Positions 9,497-19,103 are shown, counted from the first letter of the stretch. The stretch: 64,000 bases of DNA from a virus (IMGVR_UViG_3300025120_000025:38948-102947), one strand, 5' to 3'. Notes: generated by a model from the letters alone, not told the origin. Numbers and translations are program-made.

Positions 9497-10630
9497 ATGG
9501 AAGAAGCAATGAAAGATTGGCAGAAAGGATATCAGTTAGATTATCTAAAAGAGATTACTGCCGAGTACGATAATTATAATAAATACACCGATAGTCCTTT
9601 TGCACAGTTCAAGAAGAATAACGTAGCAGACTTTTTAGATAAAGGTACTCTACGCAAAGCAGGCGATGCTTGGATTAATATTAAAGAAGCAAAAGTTCGT
9701 TCTAAGATTACGATGCATGGAACTGGACCTATCATCGGTTATAAAGAACCTGGTGATGTTATAATTGAAAATATTTCTCAGTACACAGAGAATGTAAAAA
9801 ACTATATCGGAGCATATTCTAATAGAAGTTGCTGGTTGTTTGGTTGGGCAGAAGATGAAAAGTTTATTCATTTTGCTGAAGATTGTGGGTTTGAGTATGT
9901 TGGTAGTAAAATAACGACATTTGCAGAGATTTATAGCGTATACTATCGTAATTCTAGTATATCCTTCGAGGATCGTTCACACACGCTCATAGACGGCGCT
10001 GAGGCGGTTAACATCAAGAAGTGTACATTTGATAACATCGAAACATCGTTTATCGTCACTGAACTAGAAAATATCCAACAAGAATACACAAATCACTACT
10101 CAAATTACAATAAGAAAGGATCATGGTCAGCAATATCTCTCAGAGGTTACAGACCAGATGCATCTTTTATTGCAAAACCAGTAGAGATGAATAAGAAATG
10201 GAAAGCAGATAACGATACATGGGAAGAATGGCAATGTGAAGATACCCCATTGCGTGAAAAGTTTCCTTATGTAAATGAACTTATTTCGAAGATACCTACT
10301 GATAGGGTCGAACGGATTAGATTTATGTCTCTCGTACCAGGAGGTGGAGAATTGAGTAGACATACTGACCAAGTCGATCCTGACTTAGGTGTTGCAGACG
10401 GAAGAATTATGAGACTACATATTCCAGTAATTACAAATCCTAAGATGGAGTTTACTTCATGGAATATGCATGGTCAGAAACATAATGTAAATATGAAAGA
10501 AGGTGAACTGTGGTACCTCGATATTCGAAAACCACACATGGCAGTGAATAATGGTGATGATATCAGAATTCATTTAGTAGTGGATGTAGAAGCAAATGAT
10601 AAATGCAGACGATTATTTAGCGTTAGTTGA
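9497..10630 (+). CDS. Fusion: possible GNAT-like N-terminus plus Asp/Asn beta-hydroxylase-like domain
   Basis: C-term RIRFMSL.PGG...HTD, RLHIPVITN, HMAVNNG..RIHLVVD; N-term ends WL..AED....AE..GFEYVG (weak GNAT pattern). Confidence 0.7.
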   Translation: MEEAMKDWQKGYQLDYLKEITAEYDNYNKYTDSPFAQFKKNNVADFLDKGTLRKAGDAWINIKEAKVRSKITMHGTGPIIGYKEPGDVIIENISQYTENVKNYIGAYSNRSCWLFGWAEDEKFIHFAEDCGFEYVGSKITTFAEIYSVYYRNSSISFEDRSHTLIDGAEAVNIKKCTFDNIETSFIVTELENIQQEYTNHYSNYNKKGSWSAISLRGYRPDASFIAKPVEMNKKWKADNDTWEEWQCEDTPLREKFPYVNELISKIPTDRVERIRFMSLVPGGGELSRHTDQVDPDLGVADGRIMRLHIPVITNPKMEFTSWNMHGQKHNVNMKEGELWYLDIRKPHMAVNNGDDIRIHLVVDVEANDKCRRLFSVS

Positions 10631-11363
10631 AGATTGGGTCGACCCTTATGATGCACCCGTTATTGAGATGCATGATGACATTCATGTTGTTCGTGACGAT
10701 TTGCTTCCTGCTGGTAGTAAGATTAGGTTCATCGACAAACTCATTAGAGATACCGAATGCGAAGAATGGGTATTTGGAGGAAGCAACAAAGTTGGTTGGG
10801 GTCCTATTTCTTTAGCGTATGTTTGTAAAAAATATAATAAGAATTCAACTTGCTTTTGGGCGGCACGAAAAGAACCAACATGGCATCAAGAAAAATATCT
10901 TGAATACGGAGGTAATATTGAATGGGTGAAGATGGGAATGTTAAATGTTACTCTGTCAAAAGCAGAGCATTATCGCAGAGAGAGTCCGAAGACCCGAAAG
11001 ACGTTGCCTTTAGGACTAGAACACGATTGGGTGCTAGGAAGTATAGTGAAAGTATCGCAGTCGCTACCTCTAGTGCCAGACGTAATATGGACAGTAGGAT
11101 CAAGCGGAACTCTGAACCGAGGGTTGCAACTTGCATTCCCAGAGTCCGAAGTTCATGTGATACAGACGGGTCATAAACTTAGTGAGAGACAGATTGGTAG
11201 AGCAATCTTACATGAAGTACCTTATAAGTTTGATAAACCAGTAAAAGAGGAAGAAGCACCACCTTTTCCTTCTGCGCCTGAATATGATGCGAAAGCATGG
11301 AAAGTGATAAAAGAAAATATGAACAATAGTAAAACTAATTTATTTTGGAATGTAGCGGCATGA
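10596..11363 (+). CDS. PLP-dependent enzyme, fold type II (ACC deaminase/Cys synthase-like)
   Basis: VVRDDLLPAGSKIR (PLP Lys), VGSSGT phosphate loop, YDAKAW, LFWNV. Confidence 0.82.
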   Translation: MINADDYLALVEDWVDPYDAPVIEMHDDIHVVRDDLLPAGSKIRFIDKLIRDTECEEWVFGGSNKVGWGPISLAYVCKKYNKNSTCFWAARKEPTWHQEKYLEYGGNIEWVKMGMLNVTLSKAEHYRRESPKTRKTLPLGLEHDWVLGSIVKVSQSLPLVPDVIWTVGSSGTLNRGLQLAFPESEVHVIQTGHKLSERQIGRAILHEVPYKFDKPVKEEEAPPFPSAPEYDAKAWKVIKENMNNSKTNLFWNVAA

Positions 11364-11908
11364 GAAAGCAAATCGATTATGTAGATGATTTGTTTACTGA
11401 TGAGTTTATTCAAGAAGTATCAACTAAGTATCATACAAATTTATTTGAATATGGCAACGTATCTAATAATCCTAATGATGCAATCTTTTGGTCATCTAGA
11501 CGTTTGAATGATAATTCACCGATTACAGATTGTTGGCATCAAAAGAAAATACTTGATGTTATATCTGACTATTATAAATTTAAAACTTTCAAAGTAGACA
11601 ATCAAAATATCTATATCAATGGTCAGACATATAAGTTAGATGGTTCAATGCATATCGATAGTGGTCATAGAACTGATCCTGATGCACACATGACAATCTT
11701 GTATATGGTAAACTGGCAAGATGCAGGCATACAAGGTTTTGAAACAAATATGGGTATTGTTCCATTCAAGGCAGGTAGAGTTGTGATTTTCAACTCAATA
11801 ATGTCACATAGAGGACTATCTACTGAAAGCGTGAATAATCTAAGAATGACATTAACTTGGAAAAGTTGCGAAATAGTACTTGACAAAACTAGTCCTTTAG
11901 TGTTATAA
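11360..11908 (+). CDS. 2OG-Fe(II) oxygenase
   Basis: HID...T.LYM...GRVVIFNS..SH...R. Confidence 0.8.
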   Translation: MRKQIDYVDDLFTDEFIQEVSTKYHTNLFEYGNVSNNPNDAIFWSSRRLNDNSPITDCWHQKKILDVISDYYKFKTFKVDNQNIYINGQTYKLDGSMHIDSGHRTDPDAHMTILYMVNWQDAGIQGFETNMGIVPFKAGRVVIFNSIMSHRGLSTESVNNLRMTLTWKSCEIVLDKTSPLVL

Positions 11909-11909
11909 T
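11880..11909 (+). promoter_or_regulatory. Sigma70-like promoter
   Basis: TTGACA-N18-TATAAT with TGn extension. Confidence 0.6.
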
Positions 11910-12135
11910 GAAAACTTATATACACGTTAATCAACATAAGATTAGAGCAAACAAAAAACATGGTACCAATGAACCTGTCATCACTATCAAAAAAGGTAGA
12001 ACGAACACATATTGTCATGCAGTTAAAATACATGGCGACAGTGTAGTGAGATATGGTGGTAGCGAAAAACCTATTCTCTCTTGCGGTGCAAGAGTAGTAA
12101 TAGAAACTGACAATGAAGTAGAGGTTATTGAATGA
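11908..12135 (+). CDS. Hypothetical phage protein
   Basis: IHVNQH.I..N.K, LSCGARV; translationally coupled. Confidence 0.7.
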   Translation: MKTYIHVNQHKIRANKKHGTNEPVITIKKGRTNTYCHAVKIHGDSVVRYGGSEKPILSCGARVVIETDNEVEVIE

Positions 12136-13688
12136 AGCATTTTTACGAGAGAAATAGTTATCTATTAGAACACGAAGTCAATAAGACATTCGAAGAAGTT
12201 CTATGGATGTCCGATGAAGATTTTAGAACATGGTTGCGTGATATGCGTAGAGAAGTCGTTTATTCATGGGATACTCTCGGTCTACCCCCTAGAGTTGGTT
12301 GGTCAGAAGATAAGATTATTGACCAGTTTAATAAGATGTCTAGTTTCAACGTAAAAGACTTTGAATGCTTTAATGAAGAAACTAATGACACAGATGTTAT
12401 TAGAAATACTAGTGTTATAGGTAATGCCGCCAATCAGTTCTTTCCTACAATGATGAAGACTAAGATTGTGTATAATGATATAAGTAAAGCAAAGAGCATC
12501 TACGACCATTTTGTAGACGAAGACTTATTTCAAAAGGTATACACATATGGACATAGACATTTCAAGAGAGATAGTTTTTATCACTATTCTAATCCTGTCA
12601 AGTTGGATGATGTACTAGATTTCGAAAATCAAAAGTACAAAGTAAAATCTGGCGTAGACTTTATTAACTGGTTTGAGAAAGTAGGAAGACAATACGATAC
12701 ACACGACTATTGGTTGAAACCTGATAAAGAAGAAGAGTATACAGGTTATGATGATAAACTTAGAGGTGTTAATTGGGCATCTTTAACTAGAGAAGAAATT
12801 GAGAAATTAGATATTCCTGAGAACTGTAAAGTAAACATGAAAGATGATATGAATGTATATCAAATTATGTTTTTTAAAAAAGGTCAAAAGATTTTTCCTC
12901 TAGGTTTCAAACCATTTCGTATTTCATGGTGTCAATATGCCGTGAACTTTCCACCATTAACTGCAAAGTATCTCTATGAAAAATATACCGAACACTTTAA
13001 AGAACAGTCTACTATTCGTATTTGGGATCCTAGTGCTGGTTGGGGTGGTCGTATTCTCGGTGCTATGTCTGTTCGTGATGACCGCTCTATACATTATATT
13101 GGTACTGATCCCAACACTGACCACACTGTTGTATTGGAAGATGGTACCAAATCAACAAAGTATGAAGAACTAGCGAGATTTTTCAATGAAAAAACATACA
13201 GAGGCAACGGACTCTTCCCACACACAAACACATACGAGATACATCAAGTCGGTTCAGAGACCTTTGAGTGTGAGGAAAACTCTCTCGACATGGTATTCAC
13301 TTCCCCACCATATTTCGCCAAAGAGGCGTACAGTGATGACGAAGAACAATCATACAAGAAGTTCGACCAATACGAAACGTGGGTAGAAGGTTTTCTGAGA
13401 CCTACATTAGAGAATGCTTACAAGTATCTTAAAAGCGACAGATACTTGCTCTGGAACATTGCTGATGCTAAATTTGGTAACACTATGCTTCCACTAGAAT
13501 CCGATAGCATAAATATATGTAAGAACCTAGGGTTTGAATATGTGACTATGTTGAAAATGGCACTTGCTCAAATGCCTGGCGGTAATAGAGTAGATGAGGA
13601 GACAGGTAAACCACGAGCAAAGAATTTTTGTAAAGTGAATGGTATCTGGTTAAAATATGAACCAATCTTTGTTTTTAGAAAGTCGTAA
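12132..13688 (+). CDS. Amino-methyltransferase-fold DNA modification enzyme (SPPY, m4C/m6A type)
   Basis: WDPSAGWGGR motif I, FTSPPY motif IV. Confidence 0.85.
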   Translation: MKHFYERNSYLLEHEVNKTFEEVLWMSDEDFRTWLRDMRREVVYSWDTLGLPPRVGWSEDKIIDQFNKMSSFNVKDFECFNEETNDTDVIRNTSVIGNAANQFFPTMMKTKIVYNDISKAKSIYDHFVDEDLFQKVYTYGHRHFKRDSFYHYSNPVKLDDVLDFENQKYKVKSGVDFINWFEKVGRQYDTHDYWLKPDKEEEYTGYDDKLRGVNWASLTREEIEKLDIPENCKVNMKDDMNVYQIMFFKKGQKIFPLGFKPFRISWCQYAVNFPPLTAKYLYEKYTEHFKEQSTIRIWDPSAGWGGRILGAMSVRDDRSIHYIGTDPNTDHTVVLEDGTKSTKYEELARFFNEKTYRGNGLFPHTNTYEIHQVGSETFECEENSLDMVFTSPPYFAKEAYSDDEEQSYKKFDQYETWVEGFLRPTLENAYKYLKSDRYLLWNIADAKFGNTMLPLESDSINICKNLGFEYVTMLKMALAQMPGGNRVDEETGKPRAKNFCKVNGIWLKYEPIFVFRKS

Positions 13689-14337
13689 TCTTTTTGTAAA
13701 CCCTCCAGTTGATTTTGAAGATTGGGGTAATTTCGATTATGATAAAGCGTTTGGCATTGACAAGTATTGTTACAATGCATACAGGCACTTTATCTTACCT
13801 TATCTAACAGACCCAACTAATCAAACTATTGTTGATATTAACACCGGTAAAGGTTGTGGTATCGCTGGACTCAAGAGAGAGTTTGGTTTTAAAAAGTGTA
13901 TCGGATTTACAGGTTCAACTCAATTACTACATCACTGCAAAGATATATGGAATGAAAAAGGTCTATCATTCTATAAAGACTTCATCTTGTCTAAGCAAGG
14001 TAAAGCAGACTTTCTATTTTCATATGAAGCATTCGAAGATTATGATAATAAGAGTGCATTACTACTTAGACTATCACAAGCACTAAATGAAGACGGAATT
14101 TTAGTTATCATACAATCAACTTTCAATGATTATGAATATCACAGTTATGAGAATATTCTAGAGAATGTACATGGACTTAAAAAATTATCATCTCAAGATA
14201 TATCTGCCCATGTACTACAAGGAATCAAACAATTTGAACACCACAACGATGGTTCGATGTCTATTATGCATTCAAGATTTAGTAAAAACTTAACGAGACA
14301 TGAGTATAAAATTATGGCAAGTGTATTTCAGAGATGA
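13657..14337 (+). CDS. Divergent SAM-dependent methyltransferase-like protein
   Basis: IVDINTGKG motif I variant, ADFLFS, LNEDGILVI. Confidence 0.6.
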   Translation: MNQSLFLESRNLFVNPPVDFEDWGNFDYDKAFGIDKYCYNAYRHFILPYLTDPTNQTIVDINTGKGCGIAGLKREFGFKKCIGFTGSTQLLHHCKDIWNEKGLSFYKDFILSKQGKADFLFSYEAFEDYDNKSALLLRLSQALNEDGILVIIQSTFNDYEYHSYENILENVHGLKKLSSQDISAHVLQGIKQFEHHNDGSMSIMHSRFSKNLTRHEYKIMASVFQR

Positions 14338-14840
14338 CAACAGTTTCAGTATTTGAAAATTTTCTATCATACGATGATTTATTTAATGTGAAAGAACTAT
14401 CGAATGAAATCTATTATAGTCCAGACGCTTGTAAAAGTACTAATGCTGGTTGGACTAAAGCAGTAATAGGTAATAGTTTTCCTGTTGTTTGTTGTAAGAT
14501 AGAAGATGAAAAGTTATTAGAAGTTCTACAGAAAAAGATAGATGAAACTGCAAATGAGTATGAGATAAAATCTGCAAGTTTTTTCTATTGGACAGAATTC
14601 AGTTATATACCTTGGCACGATGATGCAGGTCACGATGCGGCAATGACAATATACTTATCCGACCACGATGAAAATGATGGTGGATATTTCATGTATAAAA
14701 GACAAGAAGAGATTGTAGCAATACCACCAGTAATGAATAGAGCAATACTTCAAGTAGAAGGCGTACCACATTCGACCACTGCATTGAATTCTAGGTCACC
14801 TATACGAAAAACAATTCAAATATTTCTTCAAAAAAAGTAA
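14334..14840 (+). CDS. 2OG-Fe(II) oxygenase (prolyl hydroxylase-like)
   Basis: IPWHDD, TIYL, GGYF, PH.T, RKTIQ. Confidence 0.85.
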   Translation: MTTVSVFENFLSYDDLFNVKELSNEIYYSPDACKSTNAGWTKAVIGNSFPVVCCKIEDEKLLEVLQKKIDETANEYEIKSASFFYWTEFSYIPWHDDAGHDAAMTIYLSDHDENDGGYFMYKRQEEIVAIPPVMNRAILQVEGVPHSTTALNSRSPIRKTIQIFLQKK

Positions 14841-14849
14841 AAATAGTAC

Positions 14850-14878
14850 TTGACATACTAAATAGTTTATGGTATAGT
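14850..14878 (+). promoter_or_regulatory. Sigma70-like promoter
   Basis: TTGACA-N17-TATAGT. Confidence 0.7.
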
Positions 14879-14884
14879 TTACCT

Positions 14885-15028
14885 ATGATGATATTTAAAA
14901 GTATTTGGTTCGGACTAACTCTTCCCTTTAGACTGATTTATTGGTTGATTTGTTGTATTTTTGCAACATATTTTATGATTTTCAGTTTATTTTGCATTAT
15001 TGCCATAATTAGTGTGGTTTTCGCTTGA
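14885..15028 (+). CDS. 47-aa hydrophobic membrane peptide (not in ORF track)
   Basis: Hand translation MMIFKSIWFGLTLPFRLIYWLICCIFATYFMIFSLFCIIAIISVVFA*; ATG 7 nt after -10 box. Confidence 0.5.
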   Translation: MMIFKSIWFGLTLPFRLIYWLICCIFATYFMIFSLFCIIAIISVVFA

Positions 15029-15053
15029 CATATACATTAAAATATGCGATAAT
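15025..15053 (+). promoter_or_regulatory. Early promoter of cobT-like gene
   Basis: TTGACA-N17-GATAAT with TGn extension. Confidence 0.7.
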
Positions 15054-15083
15054 GTTTACATGATGATGAGAAAAGAGGTTGAT

Positions 15084-17396
15084 GTGAAAAACAATGTTAA
15101 AGAAATAAAGTCAGTACTAGCAAAATTACTTGCCACTGAAAATCTATCTGTAGAATTCGCTAATGTCGAGACTGCAAGTTTCGATGTTGAAAAACGTATT
15201 TTGCGTATTCCTACAATGAAAGATATCAGTGATGAAGTATTAGACTTGTTTGTTGGTCACGAAGTTTCTCACGCACTATACACTCCAATAGAGGGTCTAG
15301 AAAAACTCGCTGACAAACCTAAGAATTTTCACTCTTTTGTAAACGTAGTCGAAGATGTTCGTATTGAGCGACTAATTCAAAAGAAGTATCCTGGTCTGAG
15401 AAAACCTTTCTTTAATGCCTATGCTAAGTTGAAAGCAGATAACTTTTTCAAACTTGATGGTATGAATGTTGCTGACCTTCTTCTTATCGACAGAATGAAT
15501 GTTAAAGCAAAACTCGGTACACAAATCGATATTCCTTTCGATAGTGTAGAAGAAGAGTTTATGACCAGAGCAAAAACTACTGAGACTTTCGATGAAGTCT
15601 TTGCTCTTGCTGAAGAACTTTATGAGTATTGTCAAGATGAGTTAGAGAAAAAAAAGCAAGATGATCCTGAGCAAGTCGACCAGTATTTGACTTCAATGCC
15701 AATGTCTGGTGAGAATGAGAACGAAGAAGATTTTCAAGAACAAGACACTGCACAGTCTGATGACAATCAAGAAGAGACTGGTAGTGAGAGTGAGCAATCA
15801 AAACCTGATACTGAAGAAGATGAAAATTCAAAAGAAGGTACAGATGTTCGTTCAAATGCTACTGAAAAGAGTGATGATGAAGGTGATGAAGGTGCAGAGA
15901 CAAAACCTGTTCCAAAATCAAACATGACCGAAGACATTGCGAAAACAGAAGGTCTTACTCCTGGTGCGAAATCACTAACTGACCTTGCTACTCAACAATC
16001 TACTAAAGATATGGTTGAGACTGACACTAACAAGCAAGTTCGTTATTTTGATGTTCCTAAAGTTCTTAAAATCAATGACTACATTGTTCCTTTTCAAGAG
16101 ATTAAAAAGAAACTTTATGACCATTGGAATGTTACTCCTGGTTCAAAAAATGAGACAACTCTTTCTAAGAATGTAAAAGAATTCAAGAAAGAAAATGAAA
16201 AAGTTATCAACTATTTGCATAAAGAATTCGAAATGAAAAAGCAGGCAGATAGATATGCGAGAGCGACTACTGCCAGAACTGGTGTTCTGAATGTAAATAA
16301 GTTACACTCATACAAGTATAATGATGATATCTTCCTAAAGAAAAATATTATTCCTAATGGTAAAGACCACGGTATGGTTTTCTTTCTTGACTGGTCTGGT
16401 TCAATGGCAGATAATATGCATGGTACTATGCAACAGTTGATTAACCTTGCACTCTTTTGTAAGAAGGCGCAAATTCCTTTCGCCGCTTATGGGTTCTCTT
16501 CTGAGTATGCTAAGAACAACCTTTCACAAGAAGCAAAAATGATGCGTCAATCAAGAAATATGCACGAAGCAAACATTGAAAATATTTCTCTTCTTGAATT
16601 GTTCAGTGAGAAAATGACTTCAAAAGAATTCAATGATGCTCTCGGTGTTGCTAATGCAATCGGTTCTATGTACGATAGAAAAAGCAGAGGCGACTATGCA
16701 TGGTGGGGTCTTCCTCGTGATATGTATCTTGGTGGTACACCTCTTAATCATTGTATCGTACTTGCTACTAGATTAATAAAAGAATTCAAGCAAAGAAATA
16801 ATGTGCAGATTGTTAGTACATCATTTTTAACTGATGGTTCAAGTCACTCTATCGATGGCGTTGTTGGTTATCAAAAAGACCGTGACGATGTTTCCCGAAT
16901 GAGACATAATGATGATACTTATCGTCAAGCAGGTACTTTGATCCTGCGAGATGGTCAAAATCAAGTTGCTATCAAAAACAATAGTAAATGGTCAAGTGTC
17001 GATAGTAATGATATTACAAAAGGTTTGTACAAGTTGCTGAAAATATCAACTGGTGCTAATACAACTGGTTTCTTTGTCGCTGGTCGTAATGAAATTCGTT
17101 ATGCTTGGTCACTGTACTTTGCAGATTGGACTAATAGAGATGATGATATGGCAGTCAGTTTTGACCACTGGAAAAAAGTCTTAACAAGAGATAATGCTAC
17201 CACTTCTACAAAGTCTGGTCTTGATGAACTGTACATAATCAAAGGTGGTAAAGCACTTGAGGTTGTAGATGAAGGTCTTGGTGATGATATGAATGGTGCT
17301 TCAAAGCAAAAACTAACTACCGCATTCAAGAGAATGGGTCGTGGTAAACTAAAGAATAGGGTAATCCTACAAAAGTTTATCGAAAATATAGCATAA
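15084..17396 (+). CDS. CobT-like protein: HExxH domain, acidic linker, VWA domain
   Basis: HEVSH..EDVRIE, DWSGS MIDAS, GGTP, LTDG; GTG start after GAGG. Confidence 0.88.
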   Translation: MKNNVKEIKSVLAKLLATENLSVEFANVETASFDVEKRILRIPTMKDISDEVLDLFVGHEVSHALYTPIEGLEKLADKPKNFHSFVNVVEDVRIERLIQKKYPGLRKPFFNAYAKLKADNFFKLDGMNVADLLLIDRMNVKAKLGTQIDIPFDSVEEEFMTRAKTTETFDEVFALAEELYEYCQDELEKKKQDDPEQVDQYLTSMPMSGENENEEDFQEQDTAQSDDNQEETGSESEQSKPDTEEDENSKEGTDVRSNATEKSDDEGDEGAETKPVPKSNMTEDIAKTEGLTPGAKSLTDLATQQSTKDMVETDTNKQVRYFDVPKVLKINDYIVPFQEIKKKLYDHWNVTPGSKNETTLSKNVKEFKKENEKVINYLHKEFEMKKQADRYARATTARTGVLNVNKLHSYKYNDDIFLKKNIIPNGKDHGMVFFLDWSGSMADNMHGTMQQLINLALFCKKAQIPFAAYGFSSEYAKNNLSQEAKMMRQSRNMHEANIENISLLELFSEKMTSKEFNDALGVANAIGSMYDRKSRGDYAWWGLPRDMYLGGTPLNHCIVLATRLIKEFKQRNNVQIVSTSFLTDGSSHSIDGVVGYQKDRDDVSRMRHNDDTYRQAGTLILRDGQNQVAIKNNSKWSSVDSNDITKGLYKLLKISTGANTTGFFVAGRNEIRYAWSLYFADWTNRDDDMAVSFDHWKKVLTRDNATTSTKSGLDELYIIKGGKALEVVDEGLGDDMNGASKQKLTTAFKRMGRGKLKNRVILQKFIENIA

Positions 17397-17442
17397 AAAT
17401 GAAAAAAAATGCATTATTTGCCATAAAAAGTGAAAATAGTGC

Positions 17443-17472
17443 TTGACAAACTACTAAGAATAATGCTATAAT
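17443..17472 (+). promoter_or_regulatory. Early promoter of cobS-like gene
   Basis: TTGACA-N18-TATAAT with TGn extension. Confidence 0.75.
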
Positions 17473-17501
17473 AAATTATAATGATGAGAAAAGGTGATAA
17501 T

Positions 17502-18674
17502 ATGATGAATAAACGTGATGACTATATTGCGAAAGCAAAAGAACTGTTCAATGGTAAGAATGATTTTACCAGAGCAGAATTGGTTACTGTAGCAAATGAG
17601 ATGGGTATGAAATATGCTCCGTCTTGGATTGTTAAAAATGACGAGTACAAAATAGGTAACGGTTTGTATTCACTAATTGGTGGCAGTGTAATGCCTGAAA
17701 CAAAGGTTGATGCAGTAATGCAAAACATTCAAGTTCCAGAACAACCACAAGCGAAAAAAACTATCGCAGTGAGTGATACTACTATTCACAACTTGATTCC
17801 TCAAGTCTATGCGAACTATGTTCCTTTTGGTCAGTTCCAAGATGTTCGAAGCATCATTCGTTCTAAAATGTTCTACCCTATTTTCTGCACTGGTCTATCA
17901 GGTAATGGTAAGACCATGATGTTCGAACAAGTGTGTGCAATGCTCAAAAGAGAATTCTTTAGAGTTAACATTACTATCGAAACCGATGAAGATGATTTAC
18001 TCGGTGGGTATAGACTTGTCGATGGTGAGACTGTCTGGTATGATGGTCCAGTTATCCAAGCAATGAAAGCAGGCGGTGTTCTGCTTCTAGATGAGATTGA
18101 CCTTGCATCAAACAAGATTATGTGTTTGCAACCAATCCTAGAAGGCGGTGGTGTTCTTCTCAAGAAGATTAACCAGTTCGTAGAACCAACACCTGGTTTT
18201 CAGATTGTAGCAACTGCCAATACTAAAGGTAAGGGTTCAGAAGATGGTCGTTTCATCGGCACTAACATTCTGAACGAGGCGTTCCTTGAAAGGTTCCCTA
18301 TTACAATCGAACAAGATTATCCTGCAGTCGCTATTGAGAAAAAGATTGTCTCAAAAGAACTGATTGCAGTCGATAAAGAAGATGAGGACTTTGCTGATAA
18401 ACTTGTCAAGTGGGCAGATATTATCAGAAAGACTTTCCTCGATGGAGGAATCGATGAGTTGATTGCAACTCGTAGACTAGTCCACATCGTTAAAGCATAT
18501 TCCGTCTTTGGTGACAGAATGAAAGCGATACAAATGTGTATCAATCGTTTTGACGATGAAACAAAATCAGCGTTCATCGACCTTTACACAAAGGTAGATG
18601 CTGATGCAGTCAATACTGATTTCGGTGAAAGTGAAGTTGCACCAAAAGAAGATGTTGACAAAACACCGTTTTAA
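17502..18674 (+). CDS. cobS: CobS/MoxR-like AAA+ ATPase
   Basis: GLSGNGKT, LLLDEID, ATANTKG, NEAFLERF. Confidence 0.92.
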   Translation: MMNKRDDYIAKAKELFNGKNDFTRAELVTVANEMGMKYAPSWIVKNDEYKIGNGLYSLIGGSVMPETKVDAVMQNIQVPEQPQAKKTIAVSDTTIHNLIPQVYANYVPFGQFQDVRSIIRSKMFYPIFCTGLSGNGKTMMFEQVCAMLKREFFRVNITIETDEDDLLGGYRLVDGETVWYDGPVIQAMKAGGVLLLDEIDLASNKIMCLQPILEGGGVLLKKINQFVEPTPGFQIVATANTKGKGSEDGRFIGTNILNEAFLERFPITIEQDYPAVAIEKKIVSKELIAVDKEDEDFADKLVKWADIIRKTFLDGGIDELIATRRLVHIVKAYSVFGDRMKAIQMCINRFDDETKSAFIDLYTKVDADAVNTDFGESEVAPKEDVDKTPF

Positions 18675-18683
18675 GAGTATACT
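18655..18683 (+). promoter_or_regulatory. Sigma70-like promoter for small HTH gene
   Basis: TTGACA-N17-TATACT. Confidence 0.75.
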
Positions 18684-18697
18684 TAAAACACTTGATA

Positions 18698-18718
18698 GAG
18701 ACTACATTGTGTAGTCTC
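18698..18718. repeat. Perfect 9-bp inverted repeat (5' stem or operator)
   Basis: gagactaca-ttg-tgtagtctc. Confidence 0.8.
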
Positions 18719-18749
18719 GCAAATACATTATATAAGGAGCGAACTTATA

Positions 18750-19004
18750 ATGACAAAAGCAAAAACGTCTGTAAAGACAAAAATTATGAATGCACTTTCA
18801 ACAGGTGCTTCATTCACCACTAAACAACTTGCAAGAAAAGCAAACACTAATACAGTGAATGTTGCAAGGCGTGTACATGACCTTCGTTTCGAAGGCAACA
18901 TGATTTATGCTAACCCTACCGGTAAAGGTAGCACTGTAGCGTATCGTGTAGGTACACCATCTAAGGCAGTTATCGCCGCTGGTCTTCAAGCACTAGCATC
19001 GTAA
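18750..19004 (+). CDS. Small basic winged-HTH protein
   Basis: FTTKQLA..NVARRVHDLR.EG..I, YRVGTPS; AAGGAG RBS. Confidence 0.7.
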   Translation: MTKAKTSVKTKIMNALSTGASFTTKQLARKANTNTVNVARRVHDLRFEGNMIYANPTGKGSTVAYRVGTPSKAVIAAGLQALAS

Positions 19005-19017
19005 CAGTCTAACGTAT

Positions 19018-19062
19018 GGGCATCGAGGACATCATCTTACATCACCTTTCTCCTCGGTGCCC
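19018..19062 (+). promoter_or_regulatory. 12-bp stem-loop with anti-RBS loop
   Basis: gggcatcgagga / tcctcggtgccc stem; loop catcatcttacatcacctttc. Confidence 0.65.
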
Positions 19063-19103
19063 TTACTATTATTTAATTTATTATGAAACTAAAAGTGAGA
19101 AAT

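Noticed and set aside
15084-18674. Cobalamin biosynthesis role for cobS/cobT
   Set aside because: No cobN or other cob genes; this is the widespread phage MoxR/VWA pair.
19007-19050. Minus-strand SD plus ATG within the hairpin loop
   Set aside because: Gives only MMSSMPIR*; the antisense-loop reading is preferred.
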